Shown piece by piece: positions 41,747 through 51,416 of a DNA stretch of 64,000 nt (its first letter is position 1; each line of letters opens with the position of its first letter). Below the pieces are notes generated by a model. The model was not told where the DNA came from. It saw nothing but the letters and a program-made list of their open reading frames with translations, and ran no database searches. Source of the stretch: an uncultured Fibrobacterota bacterium (GTDB lineage Bacteria; Fibrobacterota; Chitinivibrionia; Chitinivibrionales; FEN-1185); the NCBI GenBank assembly GCA_963753345.1, contig CAVWBU010000021.1, positions 160,001 through 224,000 on the forward strand, read 5' to 3'. The translations under genes and the position numbers were made by a program.

Positions 41747-42706
41747 ATGGTCAAAGTCTGGATTGCGTATTTGTCGGTAATGTTCATGGTCAGCGGTATT
41801 AATGCCGATGTGGTGAACAAGGACGAGATCAAAAAGGTCAAAAAGATCGCCATCCTCAGTTTTTATTCCACCAAGAAGATCATGTGTTTTGAACCTAAGG
41901 CCGGTGCCTCGTCCCTGGGCCTTAAAGATTATGTCGTAAAAGATCCGGCGAAATCCGATGCGCCGGCCGGATGGAAGGGCGTCAAACAATCCGAATCCGA
42001 CCTCGACGCGCTGTGCCAGGCCGCCCTGACAATTTATCAGGACAGCCTCTCCAAAGCCGGGTATTGGGAGGTGGTCCCGTTTGACAAAATAAAAGACAAT
42101 GCCTCCTACCAGAATACACCCATTGAAATTACCAAGGTGCGGGAAAATACGGCCCTGTCAATGATGAGGAGTTCCATGAGCAAAGGTGGAAATTCAACTG
42201 CACCTTCAACGCCGGAAAAGAAGACCGAAGCGCAATACAAGGCCATGTTCAGGGTGGTTAATGAAATGAGGTGTCTTCCCGCAGACATGTTCCGTGAGGC
42301 GGGAACAACCCGTATGGGAGGCAGCGATCCCTATCAGAATGAAAAGAAAGCCCTTGGCGAAATCTGCAAAAGCCTTGGCGTCGACGGGGTTGCCATTATT
42401 TCTTTCAGACCATTGTTCAAATATGGATCGTGGGCGCGCTTGAAAGTGGGCGACTATGTCAAAGCGAGCCCCAGGATCGGCGCAACCTTTGTTGTCTTGA
42501 GCAGCGAAGGGAAAGTGGTTGCCGAAACCGGTGATATTGTTAGTTTGCTGGGCTGGGACTTTGAAGGCTCGACGGTCAACATGATTAAAAACGACGAATT
42601 GATGCTTGCCGACAAGGAAGTGAAAGACGGTTACATCGCCACGATCCAGGAATCCGCCGGCAGGCTCAAGGAAATTCTGTCAAAGGAATTTTCCAAGATC
42701 AAATAA
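41747..42706 (+). CDS. Hypothetical exported protein
   Basis: AAGGAG RBS, signal peptide, 319-aa ORF; no family recognised. Confidence 0.75.
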   Translation: MVKVWIAYLSVMFMVSGINADVVNKDEIKKVKKIAILSFYSTKKIMCFEPKAGASSLGLKDYVVKDPAKSDAPAGWKGVKQSESDLDALCQAALTIYQDSLSKAGYWEVVPFDKIKDNASYQNTPIEITKVRENTALSMMRSSMSKGGNSTAPSTPEKKTEAQYKAMFRVVNEMRCLPADMFREAGTTRMGGSDPYQNEKKALGEICKSLGVDGVAIISFRPLFKYGSWARLKVGDYVKASPRIGATFVVLSSEGKVVAETGDIVSLLGWDFEGSTVNMIKNDELMLADKEVKDGYIATIQESAGRLKEILSKEFSKIK

Positions 42707-42725
42707 AGAATTAATCAAAATGCCT

Positions 42726-42980
42726 TTGGGAGCTTCGCGGGGTGCAGCGTGGATGGGCCTGTGGCAAGACCGCAACACCCGTTGCACGCACCCTTGGAGC
42801 CACAGTTGTGAAACAATAATTTAATGTTTGTTCAAGCCTATAGCATTTTTAGGTGTCAGGTGAATCCCACGCGAGCGCATTCCTCGAAGCTTGCTTCAGG
42901 GCTGGCGAGCGACTATAGATATGTTTTATTCTATAGGGATGGAAAGATTCCTCGTCCCGCGGGACTGCGGGGTCTTTCAA
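42726..42980 (+). repeat. Family F copy 2 fused to family D copy 2
   Basis: 42726-42865 matches 41200-41339; 42860-42980 matches 37639-37800. Confidence 0.85.
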
Positions 42981-43036
42981 TACCATTATTGTACACAAAG
43001 CTGGTTGCCAAGGTGGACGGCCATGATTTAACGACG

Positions 43037-43333
43037 TTAGCCCCCAATATCTTCTGTTGGCAGGATTTGTTTAAAATGTCTTACCGTTACGATGGCGATT
43101 TGATTTTTCAGAACTCTGTAAATTATCCTATAATTTCCAAAGATAAGCTCTTTTATATCTTGCTGGGTTAGCTCCGGAACCTTCCTTCCAATGTGCGGCG
43201 CTGTTTCCAATATTTCAACTTTCTCAAATATTGTATCAACCCATTTCAATGCCGCTTTTTTGCTGTCCAAAGCAATAAAATCGGCTATTTCTTGAACACG
43301 TTGAAGTGCCAAAGGAGACCAGGAGATCTTCAT
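43037..43333 (-). CDS. RelE/ParE family type II toxin
   Basis: ISWSPLA..IADFIA, PHIGRKVPEL and NYRIIYRV..VRH. Confidence 0.9.
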   Translation of the reverse strand: MKISWSPLALQRVQEIADFIALDSKKAALKWVDTIFEKVEILETAPHIGRKVPELTQQDIKELIFGNYRIIYRVLKNQIAIVTVRHFKQILPTEDIGG

Positions 43334-43614
43334 TTTGTATATTTTGACCTGATGGTTTTGTGGGCTTCCGAATGAGTAATCCCTTTCCCTCCATCTATTT
43401 GTTTTGAGCCAAGTTCAACATCCTGAAGCAGCTCCAATTTTTCCACCATTGAGTCATACGCGGCGACATCGAGCAAAACGGCCGCACTCTTGCCATTTTG
43501 AGTTATCACCAAAGGTCTTTTGGTGTTATGAACTTGTGCAATGAATCCAGCCGCTTTGGACCTGAATTCCGAAACAGGATGCACATCCTCGGCAAACATA
43601 ATTCCTTTTGTCAT
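43330..43614 (-). CDS. Phd/YefM family antitoxin
   Basis: PVSEFR..PLVITQNGKSAAVLL; ATGA overlap with the toxin. Confidence 0.92.
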   Translation of the reverse strand: MTKGIMFAEDVHPVSEFRSKAAGFIAQVHNTKRPLVITQNGKSAAVLLDVAAYDSMVEKLELLQDVELGSKQIDGGKGITHSEAHKTIRSKYTK

Positions 43615-43629
43615 AGGGGCTCCTTTAAT

Positions 43630-43680
43630 GGTACGTTATTACGTACCAATTATTATACACTATTCCGTACTATAGCGCAA
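43630..43680 (-). promoter_or_regulatory. TA promoter TTGCGC-N17-TATAAT with operator palindrome
   Basis: -35 at 43675-43680, -10 at 43652-43657; GGTACGT-N4-ACGTACC at 43630-43647. Confidence 0.75.
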
Positions 43681-44411
43681 GGCTTTTTCGGTATTATCGG
43701 GTTCGAACGCCGTATAGCGCTGCCGGTCGCTGCGACCGGTCATGTCTTGAACACGAAGTCTGGCCAGATTTCCATTTCTGGTTGTCTTCACTTGTCTTCC
43801 GTTATGAAGATACGCTGTGGAAAATGCATTCGTCCAGATCTTTCAGGGTTGTCTCCCATGCAGGGGAGAGAGGTAGATCATTTGCATGAAGTAAGAAATG
43901 GTGACATGGATGATCCTGCCGCACTGCGGATTGTGGAAGGCGCAGGTGCGGCATCCGTCGCCGGAAGAGAATCCGCCGCCTGAAGCCTAGGCGTCTGGCC
44001 TCGATTACGGATTCACTTCGACGACGCTCAGTGCAGGCTTCGAGAAAACCTGCGCATGAAAAACCAGCCTTTTTTCAAACTTCGATCTTATTCCGGGAGA
44101 CCGGAATTCTCCGGTTTGACAATGGTTAGGGAGAACACCTATATTTTCCCTTGAAGCAGTTTGGTGTCCCGAAGGCGGAAGCGGGGGGATAGATGAGCGT
44201 CTGTGGAGCTTCGGCGACATCCCGTAACCTTCGGCGAAGGGGATAAAGAAACTTTCTTTGTACGCCCACCCGCTCGCGAAAAACAAATTACCTATCAGTA
44301 TCGGTTGCCGGGATATTGACAGGAGCAATCATAGAGTGTACAATTTGGTTTCCTCTTGTTGTCGCCTGCGAGATGAATTGATTACTCTAGCGGCAGGGTG
44401 CCGAAGTCCAC

Positions 44412-45014
44412 ATGCGAAACATCTCTACTCTCGTTGCCGTTCTTGCTACGTTGGTTCTTGTTGCCTGTTGCGCCCATCTTAGGGGCGTCGAAATGGAATG
44501 GAGGTCGACAGACGATTCCGGGAACTATTCGCCGAGGAATCTCGCAAATTTCGCGGGGCGCACGTACAAACTGGACACGATTGAGGATTGCAGATCTGAG
44601 AAAAAAGATACAATCATTTGGACCGACCACGGCCCTCACACCTGGGACAACCGGCTTATCTACTGGGTAACAACTAAGACTGATATTCCTTCTTTCATCA
44701 TGACCAATTTTCCAAAGGTCTTTGCCATATTCGGTCTTTCTACCTCATCGTCGCCGACCTACGACTACAAGATATCCGGAAAACTTTTGCAATTTGAGGT
44801 GATCGAGAAAGACCTGTACAGAGGAAAAGTAATGATAGAATTCTCAATCCTCGACAAGAACAACGACACGCTTTCCAGGTGTACCGCCATCGGCACGTCA
44901 AACCGATTCGGCCGCGTCTACTCATACGACAATTACATGGAATGTCTTTCGAACGCGGTGAATGCTTGTTTCAATGATTTTCTGTCCAGGTGCGATATCC
45001 CAAAAAGGAAATGA
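44412..45014 (+). CDS. Hypothetical lipoprotein
   Basis: Hydrophobic N-terminus ending LVACC; 200-aa ORF. Confidence 0.7.
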   Translation: MRNISTLVAVLATLVLVACCAHLRGVEMEWRSTDDSGNYSPRNLANFAGRTYKLDTIEDCRSEKKDTIIWTDHGPHTWDNRLIYWVTTKTDIPSFIMTNFPKVFAIFGLSTSSSPTYDYKISGKLLQFEVIEKDLYRGKVMIEFSILDKNNDTLSRCTAIGTSNRFGRVYSYDNYMECLSNAVNACFNDFLSRCDIPKRK

Positions 45015-45237
45015 CTACACCCCTAAAGCAGCTCGCCTTCACTTCACGGTAGCAAACCCGGATCGCGGCCATCGTCCGGTGTCCCTAAGATACGCTTCGG
45101 AAAGCGCGCTCGTCCAGGGGCTTGCGGCAACCTCTCCGCAGTTGCAGACGTTCCTCATTTGACAATAGAGAGCGGAAATACCTATATTTTTTGCCGACGT
45201 CGGTCTCGCCGCACGCCGCAACGCTTCTGAGAGATCC

Positions 45238-46014
45238 ATGAAAAGAATATGCATCTATGCCCACTACGATTCCCGAGGCACGATAAAGGGGTATGTCCGC
45301 CATTGCCTGTCGAATATCCGGAACGAATTCGACGAACTTGTTTTCGTGACCTCCTCCACGCTGGGCCCGTTTGAAAAGAGCAAGATCGCCGGACTTTGCA
45401 CGGCCATACTGGAAGTGGAGAACATTGGCTTTGATTTTTATTCGTGGAAGAAGGGCATCGAAACGGTCCGGGAGCGTCTGAACACCTTCGACGCTCTTGT
45501 CCTCCTCAACTCAAGCGTTTTGGGGCCGGTTTCGCCGCTCGGCAATGTGTTTGCAAAAATGGAGGCGTCGCGTTGCGATTTCTGGGGTATGACGGAGTGC
45601 TTTCTCGTGCGACACCATTTGCAAAGCTACTTTCTCTGCTGCAACGGGCGGATGTGCTCGTCGCGCGCGTTTCGCGAGTATTGGTCGGCGCTCGAACCGC
45701 TGGCTGTCAAGGAGAAAGTGATAAGCGAATACGAAACAGCGTTTACCAGGCATTTCGCGCGCCGTGGTTTCAAGAAGGGCGTCGCCTTCCCGGTGGGAAT
45801 GTTCATTCCCCTTTGGAAACGGATCCTCGACAAAAACCTTGCCAAACGCAACACCACGCTCGTGTTTGCCCCCGAACTGCTGGAGGCGGGAATGCCTTTT
45901 GTCAAGATTCAGCTCTTGGCGTCAAACCCCTTTGGAGCGGATCTGCCGCGCCTCAGGGCATTACTCGAGCAGCGATATCCGGCGGAATACCTCGCCGAGG
46001 CGTGCACGAAATAG
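45238..46014 (+). CDS. Rhamnan synthesis protein F (RgpF)-like protein
   Basis: IYAHYD, ENIGFDFYSW, NSSVLGP, DFWGMT, HLQSYF and MPFVK. Confidence 0.85.
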   Translation: MKRICIYAHYDSRGTIKGYVRHCLSNIRNEFDELVFVTSSTLGPFEKSKIAGLCTAILEVENIGFDFYSWKKGIETVRERLNTFDALVLLNSSVLGPVSPLGNVFAKMEASRCDFWGMTECFLVRHHLQSYFLCCNGRMCSSRAFREYWSALEPLAVKEKVISEYETAFTRHFARRGFKKGVAFPVGMFIPLWKRILDKNLAKRNTTLVFAPELLEAGMPFVKIQLLASNPFGADLPRLRALLEQRYPAEYLAEACTK

Positions 46015-46176
46015 GCCCCGCGCGGGCCTTTTGCGCCGACGCTGAAGGCTGTGCGTGACAGGATAACAACCGTATCGGGAAGGTCGGTGTGCGGAGCAGC
46101 GGTGACGCCGGGGATTTATATCGACGGGAACAATAAAAGGGTGAGGATCGGGCAGGGCGGCAAGTAGCAACAATCG

Positions 46177-47457
46177 CTACTTTGTTTCATTCAAGGTGAA
46201 GCTCCTCACCGTATCCTTCGGCTTCTTCCCCTTGTAAAATTCCCGCCACGCAAAGTAGAACGCGTCGAGGAGTTCCGATTCGGAAAAGTTCTTCGGCTTG
46301 AAAACCACGTTGGCATGATTCCACAGAGAGTAATTCCTGTGCAGCAGCCTGTTCTCACGGACCACCTGCTCACCGAACTTTGTGCCGGGAAACGGGGTCG
46401 GAATGTAGAATTCCGCAAGGTCAATCGCCGCGTCACGGGTGAAGGCAAGGATGCGCTCGGCCACGCCTTTGTCCTGGTTGTCGAAACCGATGCCGAACGA
46501 CCCGAAGAAATGGATGCCGCTGTCTTCGATCATGCGCACGAGGTTCACGGCTGCCGACCACTGCTCTTTGGGGCACTCCTTGTCAAACAGCGTTTGCGAA
46601 ATCCGGTCGAACCCGAACACGGTGTAGATCGAGGCCGTGCCGCCGGCTGCGAGCTTCCGGTAAAACGCGGGGTCGGGCGCCATCATCATGGTGGAGGAGA
46701 GGAATATCTTTATGTCGCCCAGTTCCGCGGTGCGCTCCATGATCGACAGAAGGAATTTTGCGGGTTTCTTGCCGGGGAGCATCACCGTGTCGTCGGTGAA
46801 GTAGAATTCGCGAAAGGGCATGGAGGCGATGTCGGCCAGTATGTGGTCGACCGGCCGCAGCCGAAACAGGGTTCCGCCCATGTAGGGAACCGGGCATCCC
46901 GCGCATGGCGCGGGGCAGCCGCGCATCACCTGCACAAGGTGCGCCTTCCATCGGTACTTGTCGGGCGAGAAAATGCCGCGCTTGGGAATGGGCATCTTTG
47001 ACAGATCGTAATAGGAGCCCGCTTGGTAGCGTTTTTTAAGCGATCCTTGCGCGGCGTCCTTAAGGATGTCGCTCCACACCAGCTCCGCCTCGCCCACGCA
47101 CACCGAATCCGCATGGAGCAGCGCCTCGTCGGCCATTGCGGTCGGGTGGATGCCGCCGATCACGGTTTTTGTTCCGCGCCTGCGGAACCCGTCGGCGATC
47201 TCGTAGGCGCGCTGCGCCTGCGGGGTAAAGCAGCTTATCACAACGAGGTCGATCTTTTCGTCGAAATCGACGGGGGAGATGTTGTCGTCCGTCAAGGCAA
47301 CGTCGATCGAATCCGGCGTGAGCGCCGCAACAATCGGCAGGGCGAGCGACGGCGGCATGGTGTAGTCGCCGATCACATGGTCTTTGAGTTCCTCCCGAAG
47401 GGACCGATGGTCTTCGAGGAACTTCTTGAATTTCGGATATATGAGCCGCAGTTTCAT
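46177..47457 (-). CDS. B12-binding-domain radical SAM protein
   Basis: IGGIHPT..VCVGEAE; RGCPAPCAGC (CxxxCxxC); TPFPGT. Confidence 0.92.
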   Translation of the reverse strand: MKLRLIYPKFKKFLEDHRSLREELKDHVIGDYTMPPSLALPIVAALTPDSIDVALTDDNISPVDFDEKIDLVVISCFTPQAQRAYEIADGFRRRGTKTVIGGIHPTAMADEALLHADSVCVGEAELVWSDILKDAAQGSLKKRYQAGSYYDLSKMPIPKRGIFSPDKYRWKAHLVQVMRGCPAPCAGCPVPYMGGTLFRLRPVDHILADIASMPFREFYFTDDTVMLPGKKPAKFLLSIMERTAELGDIKIFLSSTMMMAPDPAFYRKLAAGGTASIYTVFGFDRISQTLFDKECPKEQWSAAVNLVRMIEDSGIHFFGSFGIGFDNQDKGVAERILAFTRDAAIDLAEFYIPTPFPGTKFGEQVVRENRLLHRNYSLWNHANVVFKPKNFSESELLDAFYFAWREFYKGKKPKDTVRSFTLNETK

Positions 47458-47461
47458 AGTT

Positions 47462-48892
47462 TTATTCCTGCTTCAGTATCATATCCGCCACTGCCTTGCC
47501 GCTCGACATCACATTGTAAATCCCGCCGCCCGCCTTTGTCCAATGCCCGGCCTGATAGAGATTGGGAATATACGTTGTAAACGGCAGCTTGGATCGTCCG
47601 TACAGGTCGCTGGTGTTCTCGAACCCGTACAGGGCGCCGGCCGTGTTGCCCGTGTAGCGTTCGAACGTGTCCGGTGATGCGACTTCGCAGACGCGGATTT
47701 TCGGGGTAAAGTCGCCGAGGAGTTCCTTCGCCTTTTGAATCATGGCGTCGGCGATGCGTTTCTTTTCGTCGTGCCACGCGATGCCCGGCTGCTGCTTCAC
47801 AAGATGGATGAGCGTGATGCATGCGCCGCGGCCCGGGTCAGGCGGTCTTGCAATCACCAGATGGTCGATGTCGGCGGGAAGGCCGCTTCTGATGCGGCGG
47901 TAGATGGCGTCGTGATCGTTCGATCCGAACCACAGGGTAATGTTTTGTTCCGCTATGCCGGCCGCGTCGCCTTCCACGCCGAGGTAAACGCACACCGCGG
48001 ACACCGACGGCGAAAGGTTTTCCAGCCGGCGCAGCCAGAGCGCCTTGCGCGACGGTTCGGGAACGAGCGTGCGATGCAGAAGATAGGGGCTGATGTTCGA
48101 AACGAAAACTCGGGCGGTAATCTCCTCCCCGCGGTCGCCTACGGCGGCGACCACCCTGCCGTGCTCCATCCTGAGAGAGCGGACCGGCCACGACGTGCGC
48201 ACCTCGCCGCCGCAAGAGGTGACCGCGGCCGAAAGCGCCTGCGCGAGCGCGGCGAACCCGCCTTTGACATAATGCGATCCATCACAGGCGTGGGCGATGA
48301 AGATGAACGCGTTGTAGAACGGGGCGATCGACGGCGATGACCCGCCGAACGGCCAGATCGAACCCAGAAGGAACCGCAGCCGCGGGTCGGCAACGAAATG
48401 CTCGATGTACTCCTTGTACGAACCCGCGGCGCTGACGCCGGGGGACGCGAGTGAGGCCTCGCCGCCCGCGAGATTCCCCTTGTACTGCGTAAACAGCCGC
48501 CGCATGTCGTCAAGAATCGCCCGCACGGCAGTGCGTTCATGCGGGAAGTCGCGGCACAGGGAATCCGTGAGCCCGGCCATGTCTGCGGGGAGCGTGTACG
48601 AAAAACCCGGCGAAAGAACGCGGGCCGTGCTGGTGTTCGGGACGATGTCGAGTTTTTTTCGGACGCCGAGCTGCGCAAGCAGCCCGGATACGAAACCGCT
48701 ATCGCCCATGGAGACCGAATGGACCGAGGAATCGAACGTGAAGGAGTTGCGGGAGAATTCCTGCGCGCAGCCGCCGATCCGGGAAAATCGCTCCAGCACC
48801 GCCGTGCGCATGCCCTGCCGCGACAGGAGCGCCGCGCAGGTGAGCCCGCCGATGCCGGATCCGATGACCGCTGCGTCGAAGTCAGTTGACAA
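47462..48892 (-). CDS. Phytoene desaturase/CrtI-like FAD-dependent oxidoreductase
   Basis: VIGSGIGGL, FTFD, SPDTFERYTGNTAGALYG and NLYQAGHW..GGG; probable TTG start overlapping the upstream stop. Confidence 0.88.
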   Translation of the reverse strand: MSTDFDAAVIGSGIGGLTCAALLSRQGMRTAVLERFSRIGGCAQEFSRNSFTFDSSVHSVSMGDSGFVSGLLAQLGVRKKLDIVPNTSTARVLSPGFSYTLPADMAGLTDSLCRDFPHERTAVRAILDDMRRLFTQYKGNLAGGEASLASPGVSAAGSYKEYIEHFVADPRLRFLLGSIWPFGGSSPSIAPFYNAFIFIAHACDGSHYVKGGFAALAQALSAAVTSCGGEVRTSWPVRSLRMEHGRVVAAVGDRGEEITARVFVSNISPYLLHRTLVPEPSRKALWLRRLENLSPSVSAVCVYLGVEGDAAGIAEQNITLWFGSNDHDAIYRRIRSGLPADIDHLVIARPPDPGRGACITLIHLVKQQPGIAWHDEKKRIADAMIQKAKELLGDFTPKIRVCEVASPDTFERYTGNTAGALYGFENTSDLYGRSKLPFTTYIPNLYQAGHWTKAGGGIYNVMSSGKAVADMILKQE

Positions 48893-49757
48893 AGGGAATT
48901 TCCTCGTGGAGAAAGTACCATTGGGCGCACCGGGTTCCGAGCAGCGGCTCCAGGTCGTTGTACAGGGACTGGACCAGCATCGGGTCGTCGGCATCGAGCC
49001 GGTGAAGGCGGAGTTCGAATCGCTCGTCGTCTCCCCTCTCGGCAAAGGCGGTGAAAACACGGGCTCCCGGCTGCGCGAATCGCACCAGCCTGTCCAGGCC
49101 GGCGCCGCCCCACACCTGCCTGCGCAAGAGGGTCACCGGCAGCGAGTACGGCGTCTTTTCGTCGAAGACCGCAAGCAGAACGCCGCCGCGCCTGAGCACC
49201 GCGGCCATGTCGAGCGCCGCCGGCCGGTCCGACCCTATTTCGATGAAATTGACAGGAGCGAACATGCCGGACGCCGCCATTGCGCCGCTGCGCGCGCGGG
49301 CCGCATCCGCGAGGCCCGGGGTCGCAAAGCGCAGCGCGCCGGTGACGGGAATGCCGCGGGCCGCGAGCGCCGGGGCGATGCATTCAACCGCGCCGAAGTG
49401 GCACACCGCGATCACGACGCCGCTTGTGCTTCCCGCGTCGGCCGCAAGCGTTTCGAATTCCGGCGGCATGGCGATACGCTCGGTGAGATAGCGGTGGTAG
49501 TCGCCGGGCGAAAGGCACAGCGGCAGCATTTTTTCGTAGTAGTGCAGCAGGACGTTGTTCTGGATTTCGCGGACGAGCGCGCCGGTGGCGGGGATGGAAA
49601 AGGCCCTGAGGTTCCGTGCGATTACCATGGACTCCTCCGGGTATGCGTCGAACCATTCTCTCCCCTTTGTGAAGATCAGGCTGCGCAGCTCCTCCCTGCT
49701 TTTTCTGGGCAGCGACGCGAGAAAATCCGGTGATTGGAGGAAACCTGAGAGTTTCAT
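48882..49757 (-). CDS. Lysophospholipid/lipid A-type acyltransferase family protein
   Basis: HFGAVE (HxGxxE) motif, LAVFDE and C-terminal QWYFLH. Confidence 0.7.
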   Translation of the reverse strand: MKLSGFLQSPDFLASLPRKSREELRSLIFTKGREWFDAYPEESMVIARNLRAFSIPATGALVREIQNNVLLHYYEKMLPLCLSPGDYHRYLTERIAMPPEFETLAADAGSTSGVVIAVCHFGAVECIAPALAARGIPVTGALRFATPGLADAARARSGAMAASGMFAPVNFIEIGSDRPAALDMAAVLRRGGVLLAVFDEKTPYSLPVTLLRRQVWGGAGLDRLVRFAQPGARVFTAFAERGDDERFELRLHRLDADDPMLVQSLYNDLEPLLGTRCAQWYFLHEEIPFVN

Positions 49758-49857
49758 AGGGTTCAAAAATGGATGGCGGCGCCGAAAAAAGCAAAGCGTC
49801 GGCCCTCAATCATGCGCGCCTTACGCCCGGGAGGGAAGGGCGCAGCAGGCTCCACGG

Positions 49858-50118
49858 TCATTTCTTTTGGGCCAGGTACTTTTCAACGGTCGCGGTACAC
49901 TTGTCGATGGTAACGATATTGGGGAATTCGGTCTCGGGGATCGTGATGCCGAATTTTTTTTCCATGGTTGCCAAAACCTCGAGGAGCGCCATTGAATCGA
50001 GGCCCATGTCGTTGATGAAATGCGCATCGTCGGTGATCTTCTCTTCGCTTATCTCCATGTCTTCCGCGATTTCCTTGATCAGGTCGCGTATGGTTGCCTT
50101 GATGTCGGCCGAATTCAT
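49858..50118 (-). CDS. Acyl carrier protein
   Basis: 86 aa, acidic, DMGLDSM phosphopantetheine site; GGAGAG RBS. Confidence 0.93.
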   Translation of the reverse strand: MNSADIKATIRDLIKEIAEDMEISEEKITDDAHFINDMGLDSMALLEVLATMEKKFGITIPETEFPNIVTIDKCTATVEKYLAQKK

Positions 50119-50207
50119 CAGCTCTCCCTTACATGGTGATGGTATGGCAGCCCGCAGGCGCCCCCGCTCCTGCGCCAGAAGCAATAAAATATAATATGTG
50201 TTCGGCC

Positions 50208-51407
50208 TTAATTTCTGTTTTTGAGAAGAATACTTCCGCAATACCCGTCGCATGAAAAGGAGTTTACGAGCGCATATTCGGCCGACACGGCATGCCGCGT
50301 GTCGGCCACGAGGTCGATCTCGCGGCACAGCGCATAGCGGCCGCCGGTCCCGCTGATCCTGGTATGCTTCAGGTCGCTCAGGGCGCAGGCAAGGGAAACG
50401 CACGGCGAGGCGCCGATGCATTCGCCGGTTTTCGCCTTGTAAGCGGCAACCGGTGTCGCGGGCAGCAGTTCTTCGAGCGCGAGCGCTTCCATTCCGTCGG
50501 CTGCGGCAACGCCGTTTGCGCTTGCGGCCACGAACCCCACGGCCGATAGGGGAATGCCCGCATCTGCGCAGGCCTGTTTCATCGCATGGCGGGCGCCGTC
50601 GCCGCCGGGGTTGAAGCCGCCCGGACCTCTCTTAGGATCGAAGCAGCTGGCAATGCCCGCGATCTCCGCGACAGGAACCGCGCCGCGCGCCTTTGCGGAT
50701 TCCTCTGTTTCAAGACAGAAAACCGCGCAGCCTTCGCCCGCTACGGTGCCGCCCCCGTCCTTTGCAAACGGCAGGAGCGTTCCTGTTGCAGAAAGAAGCC
50801 CTGTCCTTTCGAGCCCCACGATACCGTAATAGCTTATTTCCTCGAGCCCGCCCGCGATAAGGCACTGTTCGTAGCCGCGACGCAGGAACATGATCGCGTA
50901 GGCCAGCGCGTCGAGCCCGGCATTGAAGGTTGTTGAGACGGTTGAACTGAGAGCGCGAGCGGCGTAGCGGATGTTCGCGTTGGAGGCGGGTGAATTGATG
51001 ACCGTATTGGCGAACGCCTGCGGGTTGACATTGTGCGACCCATTGACAATTGCGTCGGACAAAAAGTCGCCGATGCTGGCGACGCTGCCGAACGCCGTGC
51101 CCACGCAAAGGCCGGGCTTGCGGCCGTCCGGCGCGGATTCGAACAGCCCCTTGCACCCCAGTTCGACGGCCGACAGCAGGAGCTTGGTCGCCCGGTCCTT
51201 GGTGCGCAGGCCTTTCTTTCCGAGAATCGCCTCCGGGTCGAAATTGCCTATCGCGAAGGCCTGCCGCGCTTCGGGAAGCGAGTGGAATTCGAAGTCCTTC
51301 ACCGCGGCTGTCTTCGGCGGCGCAAGGAGCGAGGCGGCCATTGCATCCGGGCTTGTGCCCAGACAGGTTACTGCGGCCGCGTGTGTTATGACGATGTTCG
51401 TGTCCAT
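50208..51407 (-). CDS. Ketosynthase-like protein lacking the catalytic triad (chain-length-factor-like)
   Basis: KS fold motifs present, but TTFNAG, ASANG and TGEC replace TACAAG, AHGTG and IGHT. Confidence 0.85.
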   Translation of the reverse strand: MDTNIVITHAAAVTCLGTSPDAMAASLLAPPKTAAVKDFEFHSLPEARQAFAIGNFDPEAILGKKGLRTKDRATKLLLSAVELGCKGLFESAPDGRKPGLCVGTAFGSVASIGDFLSDAIVNGSHNVNPQAFANTVINSPASNANIRYAARALSSTVSTTFNAGLDALAYAIMFLRRGYEQCLIAGGLEEISYYGIVGLERTGLLSATGTLLPFAKDGGGTVAGEGCAVFCLETEESAKARGAVPVAEIAGIASCFDPKRGPGGFNPGGDGARHAMKQACADAGIPLSAVGFVAASANGVAAADGMEALALEELLPATPVAAYKAKTGECIGASPCVSLACALSDLKHTRISGTGGRYALCREIDLVADTRHAVSAEYALVNSFSCDGYCGSILLKNRN

Positions 51408-51416
51408 GCTTCCGCC

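Noticed and set aside
42990-43045. Complete attC site after the RelE/ParE toxin
   Set aside because: GGCTAAC is present, but no matching L boxes or properly spaced GTTRRRY could be identified, and no integrase is in the window.
43700-44400. ORFs 43498..43983 and 44005..44328 as genes
   Set aside because: No RBS or family motifs; the region holds repeat fragments (ttcgacgacgctcag, ccttcggcgaagg) and looks like decayed sequence.
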